64,000 nt of DNA, from contig JAJXUT010000001.1 in NCBI GenBank assembly GCA_021782655.1, positions 5,704-69,703 of the forward strand, read 5' to 3'. The first letter of the stretch is position 1. The number at the start of each line of letters is the position of its first letter. Positions 46,684 to 62,925 of the stretch are shown one piece after another. The notes below the pieces were generated by a model. The model was not told the origin of the DNA. It was given only the letters and a program-made list of their open reading frames with translations, and searched no databases. Source of the stretch: Deltaproteobacteria bacterium. Its GTDB lineage: Bacteria > Desulfobacterota > Desulfobulbia > Desulfobulbales > VMSU01. A program made the translations under genes and the position numbers.

Positions 46684-48048
46684 ATGCCCGCATATCAGCG
46701 CAGCGACCTCCCCAAGCTTCTCGCGGCCATCAACCAGGGCAAGCCCTGCCCGGTTTACCTCCTGGTCGGCGACCGTTACCTCTGCCAGCAGGCGGCCGAG
46801 CAACTGGCGGAGGCCTTAATCCCGGAGGCAAGGGCCAGGGAGCAGGGCCTCAAGCTGATCGACGGCGACCAGGAGGAGCCGCTGCGCACCTTAAGCTGGC
46901 TTAAGACCTACAGCCTGTTCGGTGGGCGCCAGGTCTTCAAGGTCTCGGGCACCCGTTTATTCCCGGCTCAGAAGGAGGCGGCGAGTGGGATCTGGGATAA
47001 GGCCAGGACGGCCCACGAGCGGGGCGAGACGCGAAAGGCGTCCGCCGGGCTCAGACAATTGGCGGCCCTGGCCAAGTGCACACCCCAGGAACTGGCGGGG
47101 CTGAACGACGAGGAGTGGCAGGCGGCCTTCGCCTTCCCCCGGCCCGATACCGGCTGGCTGCAGGAGGGGGCGCCGAACGATGGGCAATCCGCCCCCGGCG
47201 GTGGAGACGTGGAATCCCAATACCTGGCCGCCCTGGCCGAGGGCTGGCCCGCCGATAACATCCTGGTCCTGCTCGCCGACAGCGCCGACAAGCGCAAGAG
47301 GCTCTATGCCGGGCTGCTCAAGGCGGGGGTGGTGCTCGATCTCACCGTGGCCGAGGGCAGCGCCAAGGCGGCCCGGGAGCAGCAAGACTCCCTGCTGGCC
47401 GAGCTTACGCGCGACACCCTGGCCGGGTTCGGCAAGACCATGGAGCCCCGGGCCCTGCCCGCCTTTCTGGAGCGGGTGGGCTTTCATCCGGTGGCGGTGG
47501 TGCGGGAGGCGGAGAAACTGGCACTCTACGCCGGCGCGGCGGAGCGGATCGGCCTGGCCGATGTCCAGCTCATGGTGGGCCGCATCCGGGAAGACGCCCT
47601 CTTCGAGCTGACCGAGGCCTTCGGCGACCGGGACCTGTCCCAGACCCTGACCCTGGCCACCCGACTGCACGAAAACGGCGTCCATCCCCTGATGGTGGTG
47701 GCCGGACTGCGCAACTACCTGCGCAAGCTGATGCTCGCCTGCTCGCTCCGCCAGTCGGGGCCGCCGGACTATGTCGAGGGCATGACCTTTCCGCTCTTCC
47801 AGAAGGGCTACCTGCCCGCCTTAAAGGAGAGCCGGGGGGAGTGGCTGAAACAGCTCCCCGGCCATCCCTACGCCCTACACCTGATGTTCGTCAGGGCCGG
47901 GCGCTACACCGTACGCCAGCTTTGGGACATGCTGGAAAACCTGCTTAACGCCGAGCTCACCTTAAAGAGTTCCCCGCTGCCGCCCCTGACGGTGCTGGAG
48001 GACTTCTTCTGGCGGGTGATGCCCGGAACTGGATCGCAACGGGGATAA
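46684..48048 (+). CDS. holA: DNA polymerase III delta subunit (unusually long, about 454 aa)
   Basis: CPVYLLVGDRYLCQQAAEQL...SLFGGRQVFKV...ILVLLADSADKRKRLY...YALHLMFV. Carries an apparent roughly 100-aa insertion in domain I. Confidence 0.75.
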   Translation: MPAYQRSDLPKLLAAINQGKPCPVYLLVGDRYLCQQAAEQLAEALIPEARAREQGLKLIDGDQEEPLRTLSWLKTYSLFGGRQVFKVSGTRLFPAQKEAASGIWDKARTAHERGETRKASAGLRQLAALAKCTPQELAGLNDEEWQAAFAFPRPDTGWLQEGAPNDGQSAPGGGDVESQYLAALAEGWPADNILVLLADSADKRKRLYAGLLKAGVVLDLTVAEGSAKAAREQQDSLLAELTRDTLAGFGKTMEPRALPAFLERVGFHPVAVVREAEKLALYAGAAERIGLADVQLMVGRIREDALFELTEAFGDRDLSQTLTLATRLHENGVHPLMVVAGLRNYLRKLMLACSLRQSGPPDYVEGMTFPLFQKGYLPALKESRGEWLKQLPGHPYALHLMFVRAGRYTVRQLWDMLENLLNAELTLKSSPLPPLTVLEDFFWRVMPGTGSQRG

Positions 48049-48051
48049 GAG

Positions 48052-48366
48052 ATGGCCGACTCGCTGACCAAGAACAAGGAAAAGATAGCACCCCGCGATC
48101 AGGAGGATCTTGAGGAGCCGCCCAGCTTCAAGGTGCTGCTCCACAACGACGACTACACCACCATGGACTTCGTGGTGATGATCCTGCAATCGGTGTTCAA
48201 CAAAGACGCGGCCACCGCCGCCGAAATCATGCTTAACGTCCACAAGCAGGGGGTGGGGGTGGCGGGCGTCTATACCCGCGACGTGGCCGAGACCAAGGTG
48301 GCCCTGGTGCACGAGCTGTCGCGCAAGCACGAGCATCCCCTAAGATGCACCATGGAAGAGGCGTGA
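48052..48366 (+). CDS. clpS: ATP-dependent Clp protease adaptor ClpS
   Basis: PPSFKVLLHNDDYTTMDFVVMILQSVFNK..AAEIMLNVHKQGVGVAGVYTRDVAETK. Confidence 0.95.
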   Translation: MADSLTKNKEKIAPRDQEDLEEPPSFKVLLHNDDYTTMDFVVMILQSVFNKDAATAAEIMLNVHKQGVGVAGVYTRDVAETKVALVHELSRKHEHPLRCTMEEA

Positions 48367-48367
48367 G

Positions 48368-50590
<2,223 letters not shown>

Positions 50591-50739
50591 TGGTATAGGA
50601 AATCATTTAACTGGTGGAATCTCCCGCCCTGAAGACGTTTAGGCCTAGGCCAGTCTTGGCCGCCGGTCAGGGCCTGCCCGGGGCGGCTTTCCGCCTGAGA
50701 AGCCAATCGCTGTCAACCGAAAACAAAGGAGAACGAAAG

Positions 50740-51003
50740 ATGAAGAAGATGCTTTGCTGCCTGGCCCTGGCCGCCCTTACCCTGTCCGTGTCCGCCTGTA
50801 GCGAGAACAACTCCTCCGAACCTGCCAAGGAGACCAAGCCCGCCGCCACGGCCCCGGCGGCCCCGAAGCCGGCTACGGCCCCGACTGTCGCTCCGGCAAC
50901 CGCCCCGGCGGCCGCCCCCGCTCAGCAGGCCGAACCGGTGATGCCGCCGCCCGCCGCCCCACAGTCGGCCCCGGCTACCGCCCCCGCCGCGCCGCACAAC
51001 TGA
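50740..51003 (+). CDS. Small Ala/Pro-rich lipoprotein
   Basis: MKKMLCCLALAALTLSVSAC lipobox, then low-complexity AP-rich sequence. GGAG Shine-Dalgarno sequence upstream. Confidence 0.55.
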   Translation: MKKMLCCLALAALTLSVSACSENNSSEPAKETKPAATAPAAPKPATAPTVAPATAPAAAPAQQAEPVMPPPAAPQSAPATAPAAPHN

Positions 51004-51024
51004 TTCCACCCAGGCGCTTAACCA

Positions 51025-51056
51025 CCCCGGCGGCCTAACTGGCCGCCGGGGTTTTG
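51025..51056 (+). terminator. Rho-independent terminator
   Basis: CCCCGGCGGCC-TAACT-GGCCGCCGGGG followed by TTTT. Confidence 0.75.
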
Positions 51057-51136
51057 ATTATGTCCATCATGGCGGCCGTCAGTAAGCCTGGACGCCGCTT
51101 GCCATATATCAAAAGTTTTACCGGAGGATATCTGTC

Positions 51137-52018
51137 ATGAGGAAGATGTATCGTTGTCTCACCTGTATTTCCCTGATCCTGGCCCTGACCGCCTGCGGCA
51201 AGAACCAGCAGGCCGAGTCCGCCAAGGAGAAAAAGACCGCCGCCCCGGTCACCCAGGCCGCCCAAGTTGTCAAGCCCACCGGGGACAAGGCCCAAACGGC
51301 GGGCGAGGCGACGCCGCCCGCGCCGGCCCCGGTCAAGGGCAAGGTGGCGGAGACCTTGGACGCCAGCGGCTATACCTATGTCCGCTTAGACGACGGCTCG
51401 GGCAAGGATGTGTGGGCCGCGATTCCCAAGACGGACCTCAAGGTCGGCGAGGAGATCACCTTGCAGGGCGGCTCGGTGATGGAAAACTTCAACAGCAAGA
51501 CCTTGAACAAGACCTTCGACAAGATCATCTTCGCCTCCGGGATCACCAAGGGTGATGGCAAGGAGGCCGCCGCCCCTGGCAGCTTCGACGCGGCGGTGAA
51601 GCAGCAAGGCGCCGCCGCCGGGGCCTCTAGCGGCAGCGCCGGCAACGTGGTGCCCTTCGCTGATCTCAAGATCACCAAGGCCCCAGGGCCGGACGGCCAG
51701 ACGGTGAGCGATCTCTACGAGAAGGCCGCCAGCCTTGACAAGAAGAAGGTGGACATCAAGGGTGAGGTGGTTAAGGTTTCGAAGAACATCATGGGCAAGA
51801 ACTGGGTGCACATCCAGGATGGCACCGGCGACCCCCAAAAGAACAACCACGACCTGGTAGTAACCACCATGGACAGCCCTGAGAAGGGCGAGGTGGTCAC
51901 CGTGGAGGGAACCGTGGCCGCCAACAAGGACTTCGGCTCGGGCTACAAGTACGACGTGATCGTCGAGGACGCCAAGGTGACCAAGGACAAGGCGGTGGAC
52001 GCCAAGGCGGCCAAGTAG
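51137..52018 (+). CDS. Lipoprotein with two related beta-rich (GW-dipeptide/OB-like) modules
   Basis: Lipobox LALTAC. Module 1 is GKVAETLDASGYTYVRLDDGSGKDVWAAIP..KVGEEITLQG. Module 2 is IKGEVVKVSKNIMGKNWVHIQDGTG..KGEVVTVEGTV. Confidence 0.7.
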   Translation: MRKMYRCLTCISLILALTACGKNQQAESAKEKKTAAPVTQAAQVVKPTGDKAQTAGEATPPAPAPVKGKVAETLDASGYTYVRLDDGSGKDVWAAIPKTDLKVGEEITLQGGSVMENFNSKTLNKTFDKIIFASGITKGDGKEAAAPGSFDAAVKQQGAAAGASSGSAGNVVPFADLKITKAPGPDGQTVSDLYEKAASLDKKKVDIKGEVVKVSKNIMGKNWVHIQDGTGDPQKNNHDLVVTTMDSPEKGEVVTVEGTVAANKDFGSGYKYDVIVEDAKVTKDKAVDAKAAK

Positions 52019-52047
52019 TTTTATCCTATCGTTTTAAGTAGGTTGCG

Positions 52048-52093
52048 CGACAATACTCCCCGCCCGTCGGCGTGGGAGTATTGTCGTTTTCTT
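52048..52093 (+). terminator. Rho-independent terminator
   Basis: Perfect 13-bp stem CGACAATACTCCC / GGGAGTATTGTCG with a 13-nt loop, then TTTTCTT. Confidence 0.8.
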
Positions 52094-52121
52094 CGCTTGA
52101 CTCCAACCCCTGGCACCGGGT

Positions 52122-53033
52122 GTGAAAATCGGCGTGATTGGCCCCGGGGCGATTGGCTGCCTCTTCGGGGCCTTGTTCAGTCGGGCCGGGCACGAGGTCT
52201 GGGTGCTCGACCACCGCCCGGAACGGGCGCAGCTCCTCGACCGGCAGGGGATTTTAGGACATGACCCCAACGGTCAGGACTGGCGGGCCCAGGTACGGGC
52301 CACCGCCGAGGCGGTCCGAATCGGGCCCGTGCCCCTGGCCTTGCTCTGCGTCAAATCGGCGGCCGTGGCAGAAGCCGTGGCCGCCGCCAGGCCGATGCTG
52401 GGGAATAAAACCCTGGTGGTGGCCCTGCAAAATGGCCTGGGCCACCACCCCGTCTTGGACGCGGCCCTACCGTTCTGGGCCCTGGGGATAACCTCCCAGG
52501 GGGCCAACATCTCCGGCCCCGGTCACCTAATCCGGGGTGGCCAGGGGCCGACCCTGCTGGGCTTTCTCGCCCCGGCCCCGGACTGGGCCTGGGCACGGCT
52601 TACAGAAACGGTGGCGATGCTTTCCCAGGCCGGCCTCCCCGCCGAGCTGAGTCCAGACATCCGGGCCGCGGCCTGGAACAAACTAATCGTCAACGCCGGG
52701 ATCAACGCCTTAACCGCCCTGGAAAACTGCCCCAACGGCGAACTGCTCAAACGGCCAGCAGCCCTGGCCCTGATGACCGAAGCGACGCAGGAGGCGGCGC
52801 GGGTGGCAAGGCAAAGCGGGGTGTCGATAAACGCCGATCCGCTGGCAATGACGATGGCCGTCTGCCGGGCCACGGCGGCCAACCGGTCGTCGATGCTGCA
52901 GGATGTCCGCAGCGGACGGCCCACCGAGGTAGAGGCGATCAACGGCGAGGTCGTCCGGCGGGGCCAGGAGTTGGGGATCGCCACCCCGGCAAACGAGTTG
53001 CTTCTGGCCAGGGTGCTGGCCTTGCGGGCCTGA
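52122..53033 (+). CDS. panE: 2-dehydropantoate 2-reductase
   Basis: [29 protein letters not shown]...NGLG...SSMLQD...[17 protein letters not shown] start. Confidence 0.85.
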   Translation: MKIGVIGPGAIGCLFGALFSRAGHEVWVLDHRPERAQLLDRQGILGHDPNGQDWRAQVRATAEAVRIGPVPLALLCVKSAAVAEAVAAARPMLGNKTLVVALQNGLGHHPVLDAALPFWALGITSQGANISGPGHLIRGGQGPTLLGFLAPAPDWAWARLTETVAMLSQAGLPAELSPDIRAAAWNKLIVNAGINALTALENCPNGELLKRPAALALMTEATQEAARVARQSGVSINADPLAMTMAVCRATAANRSSMLQDVRSGRPTEVEAINGEVVRRGQELGIATPANELLLARVLALRA

Positions 53034-53083
53034 GCCGGTCTATCCGCCGGACGGTTATCACCAAAAACCTAAGGGAAACAACA

Positions 53084-54247
<1,164 letters not shown>

Positions 54248-54295
54248 GCGCCTCGCGCCATCAACATTTAGATAATTATTTCGTAAGGATATAAA

Positions 54296-55597
54296 ATGAC
54301 ACAGGCAAAGACAGGCGACTTCAAGGTCGCGGACATGGGACTGGCCGACTGGGGCCGCAAGGAGATCATCATCGCCGAAAAGGAGATGCCGGGGCTGATG
54401 GCCACCCGGGAGGAGTACGCCGGCAAGCGGCCGCTGGCTGGCGCCCGGATCGCCGGCTGCCTGCACATGACCATCCAGACGGCGGTGCTGATGGAGACCC
54501 TGGTGGCCCTGGGCGCCGAGCTGCGCTGGTCGTCGTGCAACATCTTCTCCACCCAGGATCACGCCGCCGCCGCCGTGGCCGCCGCCGGCATCCCCACCTT
54601 CGCCTGGAAGGGCGAGAGCGAGGCGGAGTTTTCCTGGTGCATCCGCCAGACCATCGAGGGCCCGGACGGCTGGCATCCCAACATGATCCTCGACGATGGC
54701 GGCGACCTGACTCTAATGATGCATCAGGAGTATCCGCATCTGATGAAGGACGTCCGGGGAATCAGCGAGGAGACCACCACCGGGGTGATGCGGCTCAACG
54801 AGATGATGCGGGCCGGCACCCTAAAGGCCCCGGCCTTCAACGTCAACGACTCGGTGACCAAGTCCAAGTTCGACAACCTCTACGGCTGCCGGGAGTCTCT
54901 TATCGACGGCATCAAGCGGGCCACCGACGTAATGGTGGCCGGCAAGATCGCGGTGGTGGTCGGCTATGGCGACGTGGGCAAGGGCTGCGCCGCCGCCCTG
55001 CGGGGCATGGGGGCCTCGGTGCTGGTGACCGAGATCGACCCCATCTGCGCCCTGCAGGCGGCGATGGAAGGCTACCGGGTGGTGACCATGGAGGAGGCGG
55101 CGCCGGTGGGCAACATCTTCGTCACCTGCACCGGCAACGTCCGGGTCATCACCCGCGCCCACATGGAGCGGATGCCGGACGAGGCGATCGTCTGCAACAT
55201 CGGCCACTTCGACAGCGAGATCGACATCGCCGCCATCCGCAGCCTGCCCTGGGATAACATCAAGCCCCAAGTCGATCACGTCCTCTTCCCGGACGGCAAG
55301 CGGCTGATCGTCTTAGCCGAAGGCCGGCTGGTCAACCTGGGCTGCGCCACCGGGCACCCCAGCTTCGTGATGAGCAACTCCTTCACCAACCAGGTGATGG
55401 CCCAGATCGAGCTGTGGCAGAATCACGCCCGCTACGAGCGCCAGGTATATTTCCTGCCCAAGGTCCTGGATGAGAAGGTGGCCCGCCTGCACCTGGCCAA
55501 GATCGGCGCCAAGCTCACCACCCTAACCAAGGAGCAAGCCGACTACATCGGGGTGTCGGTGAGCGGGCCGTTTAAGCCAGAGTACTATCGCTATTAG
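54296..55597 (+). CDS. ahcY: Adenosylhomocysteinase
   Basis: [25 protein letters not shown]...DDGGD...[12 protein letters not shown]...NIGHFD.EID...HPSFVMS.SFTNQ. Confidence 0.97.
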   Translation: MTQAKTGDFKVADMGLADWGRKEIIIAEKEMPGLMATREEYAGKRPLAGARIAGCLHMTIQTAVLMETLVALGAELRWSSCNIFSTQDHAAAAVAAAGIPTFAWKGESEAEFSWCIRQTIEGPDGWHPNMILDDGGDLTLMMHQEYPHLMKDVRGISEETTTGVMRLNEMMRAGTLKAPAFNVNDSVTKSKFDNLYGCRESLIDGIKRATDVMVAGKIAVVVGYGDVGKGCAAALRGMGASVLVTEIDPICALQAAMEGYRVVTMEEAAPVGNIFVTCTGNVRVITRAHMERMPDEAIVCNIGHFDSEIDIAAIRSLPWDNIKPQVDHVLFPDGKRLIVLAEGRLVNLGCATGHPSFVMSNSFTNQVMAQIELWQNHARYERQVYFLPKVLDEKVARLHLAKIGAKLTTLTKEQADYIGVSVSGPFKPEYYRY

Positions 55598-55609
55598 AAA
55601 GGGAGTGGC

Positions 55610-56581
55610 ATGAAGAAAAAACAGACCTTGGCGGCGATTCTCGGCTTGGGCTTGGGCTTGGCCCTTGGCGTCTCACGGGCACAGGCCTTTGTCCAGGCGG
55701 ACCTTGACCGCCTGCTGACCAGCAAGGAGTGCCGCAAGTGCGATTTGAGCGGCGCCGACCTCAAGGGCCGGGATTTAAGCAAGGCCAAGCTCGAGGGCGC
55801 CAACCTGAGCGGCGCCGACCTGGGCAACGCCTCACTTAAAATGGCCGACCTCACCGGGGCCAACCTGACTAACGCCAAGCTCTCGGGAACGGATCTCGAG
55901 GCCGCTGACCTGTTTCAGGCCAACTTCAAGGGGGCGGAGCTGCAGGGGGCGCGGCTAAACGGTGCCTATCTGGAACAGGCCGTCTTAGACGACCGCCAAA
56001 AGGAAGCCATCAGTCAGGCCGCCTCGGCCCCGACGGCGGATGCCGAGACGCAGCCGACGGCCCCGGAGGCCAAGGCCCCGGCAGAGGCAAATCCACCCAC
56101 CGACCCGCCAGCCCCCAAGGCTAAGGGCCAGGCCGCCGGCCAGGCCTCGTCCAGCCCCGCGCCTAAGCCGGCGGCACAGGAGGCCGCTCCGGCCCCGTTC
56201 GCCAAGGAGAATAAGGAAGCCGGCCCGGTGGATATCAAGACACTGCTCAAGCGGATCGCAAAGACCAAGGTCTGCGTGGATTGCGACTTCGCGGGCTTGA
56301 CGCTGAGAGATGTCTCCTTTAAGGAATACTGCCTAGAGCGGAGCAACTTCACCGGCGCCAAGCTTGCCAAGGCCAACCTGAAGGGCGCCGACCTCAAGGC
56401 CGCCGACTTCCGAGGCGCGGATTTGAAGGACGCGGATCTGCGGGGCGCGGACCTCTATCTCGCCGATTTCACCGGCGCCGACCTCACCGGCGCCGATCTG
56501 CGGGAGGCGGCCACCGACGGCGCCAAACTGGCCGACGCCAACCTCGCCGGCGCCAAGCAGGACAAGGCCAAGGGGAAATAG
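55610..56581 (+). CDS. Secreted pentapeptide-repeat protein with central Ala/Pro-rich linker
   Basis: Signal peptide ..GVSRAQA. Repeats of A(D/N)L(S/T/K)GA such as GADLKGRDLSKAKLEGANLSGADLGNA at both ends. Confidence 0.85.
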   Translation: MKKKQTLAAILGLGLGLALGVSRAQAFVQADLDRLLTSKECRKCDLSGADLKGRDLSKAKLEGANLSGADLGNASLKMADLTGANLTNAKLSGTDLEAADLFQANFKGAELQGARLNGAYLEQAVLDDRQKEAISQAASAPTADAETQPTAPEAKAPAEANPPTDPPAPKAKGQAAGQASSSPAPKPAAQEAAPAPFAKENKEAGPVDIKTLLKRIAKTKVCVDCDFAGLTLRDVSFKEYCLERSNFTGAKLAKANLKGADLKAADFRGADLKDADLRGADLYLADFTGADLTGADLREAATDGAKLADANLAGAKQDKAKGK

Positions 56582-56640
56582 CTTCCCTCCTGGCCTGGCG
56601 CATTTTTTTTAAACAAAATACCAGCCCAAAGGGAGGCAAC

Positions 56641-58912
<2,272 letters not shown>

Positions 58913-58915
58913 ACG

Positions 58916-59194
58916 ATGGCCACGGTGCGACTGCGGGCCCTGGTCGAGGGCCGGGTGCAGGGGGTTTACTTTAGGGATTTCACCCGCCAGGAGGCCGAGC
59001 GACTGGGCCTGAGCGGCTGGGTGCGCAACCTGAAAAACGGCGCGGTGGAGGCCGAATACCAGGGGCCGGAGGCAGAGGTTAAGTGCCTGACCGCCTGGCT
59101 GCATCAGGGCTCGCCCCGCGCCCAGGTGTTGCGGGTGCAGACCTGGCCCTGTCCGCCACTGACCGAAGAGTCCGGGTTCTTGGTCCGATATTGA
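58916..59194 (+). CDS. acyP: Acylphosphatase
   Basis: VEGRVQGVYFRDFTRQEAERLGLSGWVRNLKNGAVE. Confidence 0.9.
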   Translation: MATVRLRALVEGRVQGVYFRDFTRQEAERLGLSGWVRNLKNGAVEAEYQGPEAEVKCLTAWLHQGSPRAQVLRVQTWPCPPLTEESGFLVRY

Positions 59195-59261
59195 CAACGC
59201 CCGGCTTCTACCGTAGATTGGCCCATTCCCGATACGCAATCGCCGAGCGCACCCAAAATCC

Positions 59262-59498
59262 ATGAACCAGAAGAAGACCGCCTTACGGATCACCTGCCCC
59301 CAGTGCGGCAACGACACCGACTTCTTCGAGGTCGCCGAAGGGGTAGAGATCACCACCCACTACGTCCAGAACGGCGATTGCAGTTTCACCCAGGATGGGG
59401 ACGAGTCGCAGGTGTTGGGGGATATTAAATTTTTCTGCGGCGAATGCAACGCCGACCTGTCACAGTTCCACCAACGGTTTGTCGAAATGCTGTTTTGA
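59262..59498 (+). CDS. Small zinc-ribbon protein
   Basis: CPQCGNDT ... CGECNADL, 78 aa. Confidence 0.5.
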   Translation: MNQKKTALRITCPQCGNDTDFFEVAEGVEITTHYVQNGDCSFTQDGDESQVLGDIKFFCGECNADLSQFHQRFVEMLF

Positions 59499-59566
59499 GG
59501 GGTGACGGCGGGCCGTCCCTGGATGTTTGTTTCCCGCATCTTGCAACTAGTTAAGGAGGTGTCTCG

Positions 59567-59887
59567 ATGAAAAAAATCACCATGTTTCCCGTCTGTATCC
59601 TGCTACTCGCCGCCGGTTGCACCTGGGTCAAGCTGACCGGCAGAGGCGACAACGTTCGCACCGTGTCGGTCTCCGACGCCCAGGGCTGCAAGAATATCGG
59701 CCAGGCCAAGGTCTCGGTGCGTGACAACTTGTTAGGCGACCTGAAACGCGACCCCAACGCGGTGGCCAGGGAATTGATGACCTTGGGCCGGAACAGCGCC
59801 GCCGAGATGGGCGGCGACACCATCACCCCGGCCTCGGGGATCGTCAACGGCGAGCAGTCGTTCAACGTCTACAAATGTATGCCGTAG
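59567..59887 (+). CDS. DUF4156-like small lipoprotein
   Basis: MKKITMFPVCILLLAAGC lipobox...GGDTITP...; GGAGG Shine-Dalgarno sequence upstream. Confidence 0.65.
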   Translation: MKKITMFPVCILLLAAGCTWVKLTGRGDNVRTVSVSDAQGCKNIGQAKVSVRDNLLGDLKRDPNAVARELMTLGRNSAAEMGGDTITPASGIVNGEQSFNVYKCMP

Positions 59888-60054
59888 AGCCAGCGCCGAG
59901 GCCCTCACTGGAGGCTTTTGTTACGCTGGTGTAAATAATTTCTTTCACGATTCACGATAATGTGATAGATCGACAGACGGTTTATGCCGTGTCCACGAGA
60001 CGGCGGCAGCTTTTTGTCGTTAACTAAAGAAAAAACCTTCAGGAGGGATTTCCA

Positions 60055-62190
60055 ATGGCTAAGACCTGCAACTGCGGCAACAACGACGACCTGGCGGCCC
60101 AGGCGCTTCCGTCCCTGTTTGGGAGCAACGTCTTCAACTTCAAGGCAATGAAGGAGCGTCTGCCCAAGGAGACCTACAAGGCCCTGCGCCAGACCATCGA
60201 CCACGGCACCTCCCTGAAGCCCGAGGTGGCGGCGGTGGTCGCCAACGCCATGAAGGACTGGGCCATCGAGAAGGGCGCCACCCACTACACCCACTGGTTC
60301 CAGCCGCTTACCGGGATCACCGCCGAGAAGCACGACTCCTTCCTCTCGCCCACCAGCGATGGCGGCATCATCATGGAGTTCTCCGGCCGGCAGCTCACCC
60401 AGGGCGAGCCGGACGCCTCCTCCTTCCCGAGTGGCGGCCTGCGCGCCACCTTCGAGGCCCGGGGCTACACCGCCTGGGACTGCACCTCCCCGGCCTTCCT
60501 GAAGGAGGACGCGGTCGGCGACGTCACCCTCTGCATCCCCACCGCCTTCTGTTCCTACAACGGCGAGGCCTTAGACAAGAAGACCCCCCTCCTGCGCTCC
60601 ATGGAGGCGGTCTCCAAGCAGGCCCTGCGGGTGCTCAGGGCGATGGGCAACGCCACCTCGATGCGGGTCACCTCCACGGTGGGCGCCGAGCAGGAATATT
60701 TCCTGATCGACCAGGAACTGTTCAATCAGCGTCTCGACATAATCTCCTGCGGCCGCACCCTGTTCGGGGCCCCGGCCCCTAAGGGTCAGGAGTTGGAGGA
60801 TCAGTACTTCGGCTCCATCAAGGATCGGGTCTCGGCCTACATGAAGGACCTGGACATCGAGCTATGGAAGATGGGCATCACCTCCAAGACCAAGCACAAC
60901 GAGGTCGCCCCGGCCCAGTTCGAGATGGCCCCGGTGTTCGCCACCACCAATATCGCCACCGACCACAACCAGTTGGTGATGGAGACCATGCAGAAGGTGG
61001 CCCTGCGCCACGGCATGGTCTGCCTGCTGCACGAGAAGCCCTTCGCCGGGGTCAACGGCTCGGGCAAGCACAACAACTGGTCGCTGTCCACCGACGACGG
61101 CATCAACCTGCTGGAGCCGGGCGCCACCCCCGCCGACAACGCCCAGTTCCTGGTATTTTTGTGCGCCCTGCTCAAGGCAGTTGACACCCACGCCGACATC
61201 CTGCGCGCCACCTGCGGCAGCGCCGGCAACGACCACCGCCTGGGCGCCAACGAGGCCCCGCCGGCCATCGTCTCGGTCTTCCTGGGCGACGAGCTGTTCG
61301 ACGTGGTCAACAAGGTCGCCAAGGGCGAGAAGGTCTGCAAGGGCAAGAGCTGCCAGAACCTGAACATCGGAGTCGATTCCCTGCCCGAGCTGCCCAAGGA
61401 CAACACCGACCGCAACCGCACCTCGCCCTTCGCCTTCACCGGCAACAAGTTCGAGTTCCGCATGGTGGGTTCCTCCCAGTCCATCGCCGGCCCCAACGTG
61501 GCCTTGAACACCATCGCCGCCGAGGCCTTGGACGAGATCGCCACCCGGCTGGAGAAGGCCAAGAACGTCAACACCGAGGTGCTGGCCATCCTCAAGGAGA
61601 CCATCGACAAGCATGGCCGCATCGTCTTCAACGGCAACAACTACTCGGAGGACTGGGCCAAGGAAGCGGAACGGCGCAAGCTGCCCAACACCAAGACCAC
61701 CATCGACGCCCTGAAGGCCTTCGTCACCCCCAAGGCCATCAAGCTGTTCGGCGGCTACAAGGTGCTGAGCAAGGATGAGCTACACTCTCGCTACGAGATC
61801 TACGTCGAGCAGTACGCCAAACAGATCAACATCGAGTCCCAGACCGCCATCCAGATGGTCAAGCGCCTCTACATCCCGGCGGCGATCACCTTCCTCACCG
61901 AACTGGGTGGCTCGATTGAGGTCTCCGGCAAGTTCGCCACCGTGCAGAAGGACTTGCAGGCCAAGGTGGGCGGCCTGCTCGAATCCGCCGCCAAGAATGT
62001 GGCCAAGCTGGAGGTCGAGACCCAAAAGGCCAAGGCCATCGACAAGGTGGACAAACAGGCCATGGCCTACCGCGACAAGGTGACCACCACCATGGCCAGC
62101 CTGCGGGCCGACATCGACGCCCTGGAGGCCTTAATGCCCGCCGATCTCTGGCCGGTGCCGGTTTACAGCGAGCTGTTGTTTGCCCTGTAA
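60055..62190 (+). CDS. glnN: Glutamine synthetase type III
   Basis: 711 aa. [20 protein letters not shown]...[13 protein letters not shown]...[10 protein letters not shown]...[10 protein letters not shown]...[19 protein letters not shown]. Confidence 0.9.
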   Translation: MAKTCNCGNNDDLAAQALPSLFGSNVFNFKAMKERLPKETYKALRQTIDHGTSLKPEVAAVVANAMKDWAIEKGATHYTHWFQPLTGITAEKHDSFLSPTSDGGIIMEFSGRQLTQGEPDASSFPSGGLRATFEARGYTAWDCTSPAFLKEDAVGDVTLCIPTAFCSYNGEALDKKTPLLRSMEAVSKQALRVLRAMGNATSMRVTSTVGAEQEYFLIDQELFNQRLDIISCGRTLFGAPAPKGQELEDQYFGSIKDRVSAYMKDLDIELWKMGITSKTKHNEVAPAQFEMAPVFATTNIATDHNQLVMETMQKVALRHGMVCLLHEKPFAGVNGSGKHNNWSLSTDDGINLLEPGATPADNAQFLVFLCALLKAVDTHADILRATCGSAGNDHRLGANEAPPAIVSVFLGDELFDVVNKVAKGEKVCKGKSCQNLNIGVDSLPELPKDNTDRNRTSPFAFTGNKFEFRMVGSSQSIAGPNVALNTIAAEALDEIATRLEKAKNVNTEVLAILKETIDKHGRIVFNGNNYSEDWAKEAERRKLPNTKTTIDALKAFVTPKAIKLFGGYKVLSKDELHSRYEIYVEQYAKQINIESQTAIQMVKRLYIPAAITFLTELGGSIEVSGKFATVQKDLQAKVGGLLESAAKNVAKLEVETQKAKAIDKVDKQAMAYRDKVTTTMASLRADIDALEALMPADLWPVPVYSELLFAL

Positions 62191-62260
62191 TCCACCGCCA
62201 GGCGGTAACTATCCAGCTCAGTGCCGCAGAATTGGCACCGGCTGGGGACCGTAACTATTC

Positions 62261-62305
62261 AGCAGGAGGGGGTCGCCAGGGTGGCGGTTCCCTCCTGCTT
62301 GTTTG
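62261..62305 (+). terminator. Rho-independent terminator after glnN
   Basis: AGCAGGAGGG ... CCCTCCTGCT 10-bp stem, followed by TGTTT. Confidence 0.6.
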
Positions 62306-62328
62306 GTGCGCACCACCCATAAACGCTT

Positions 62329-62925
62329 ATGAAACAGACCGCGTCCGGGCCGCCAGACGAGGAGGAACGAGACATCCTCTTCGGGGTTATCAACCGCTTC
62401 ATCGGCTTTTTCAGCCGCGATTCCCAGCGGTTCAGCCAGAACGACCCGCAATCCGAGTACCCCTTCGTGGCTATGGATACCCGCCAGGCCTACGCGCAGC
62501 TCGCCCATGTCCGGCGTCTCTTGGCCGCCGAGGGGCGCCCGGGACCTCCCAGTCTGCTCGACATCGGCTGCGGCATCGGCAATGTCCTGTTATTCGCCGA
62601 GCTGATGGATTTTGCGGCCCACGGCCTGGAGAAGGACGAGTACCCCTGCGGGATCGCCAAGCGGCTGCTGGGCCCGGAGCTGATAGAACAAGCCGACATC
62701 TGGGACTTTGACCGCTATCCCGCCTTCGACGTGATCTACTACTTCCGCCCCTTCCACGACGGCATGATCGAGCGCCGCTTCGAGCGCTTCATCGAAGACC
62801 AGCTCAAGCCCGGCGGGGTACTAATCGCCAACCGCAAGATGAGCCAGGAGATCGACACCGACCCGCGTTTCGTGCGACTTACCCCCGACCTGCCCATCTG
62901 GCGCAAGCTCCTGACCCATGCCTGA
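62329..62925 (+). CDS. Class I SAM-dependent methyltransferase
   Basis: LLDIGCGIGNVLLFA motif I...YFRPF...GGVLI. Confidence 0.7.
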   Translation: MKQTASGPPDEEERDILFGVINRFIGFFSRDSQRFSQNDPQSEYPFVAMDTRQAYAQLAHVRRLLAAEGRPGPPSLLDIGCGIGNVLLFAELMDFAAHGLEKDEYPCGIAKRLLGPELIEQADIWDFDRYPAFDVIYYFRPFHDGMIERRFERFIEDQLKPGGVLIANRKMSQEIDTDPRFVRLTPDLPIWRKLLTHA

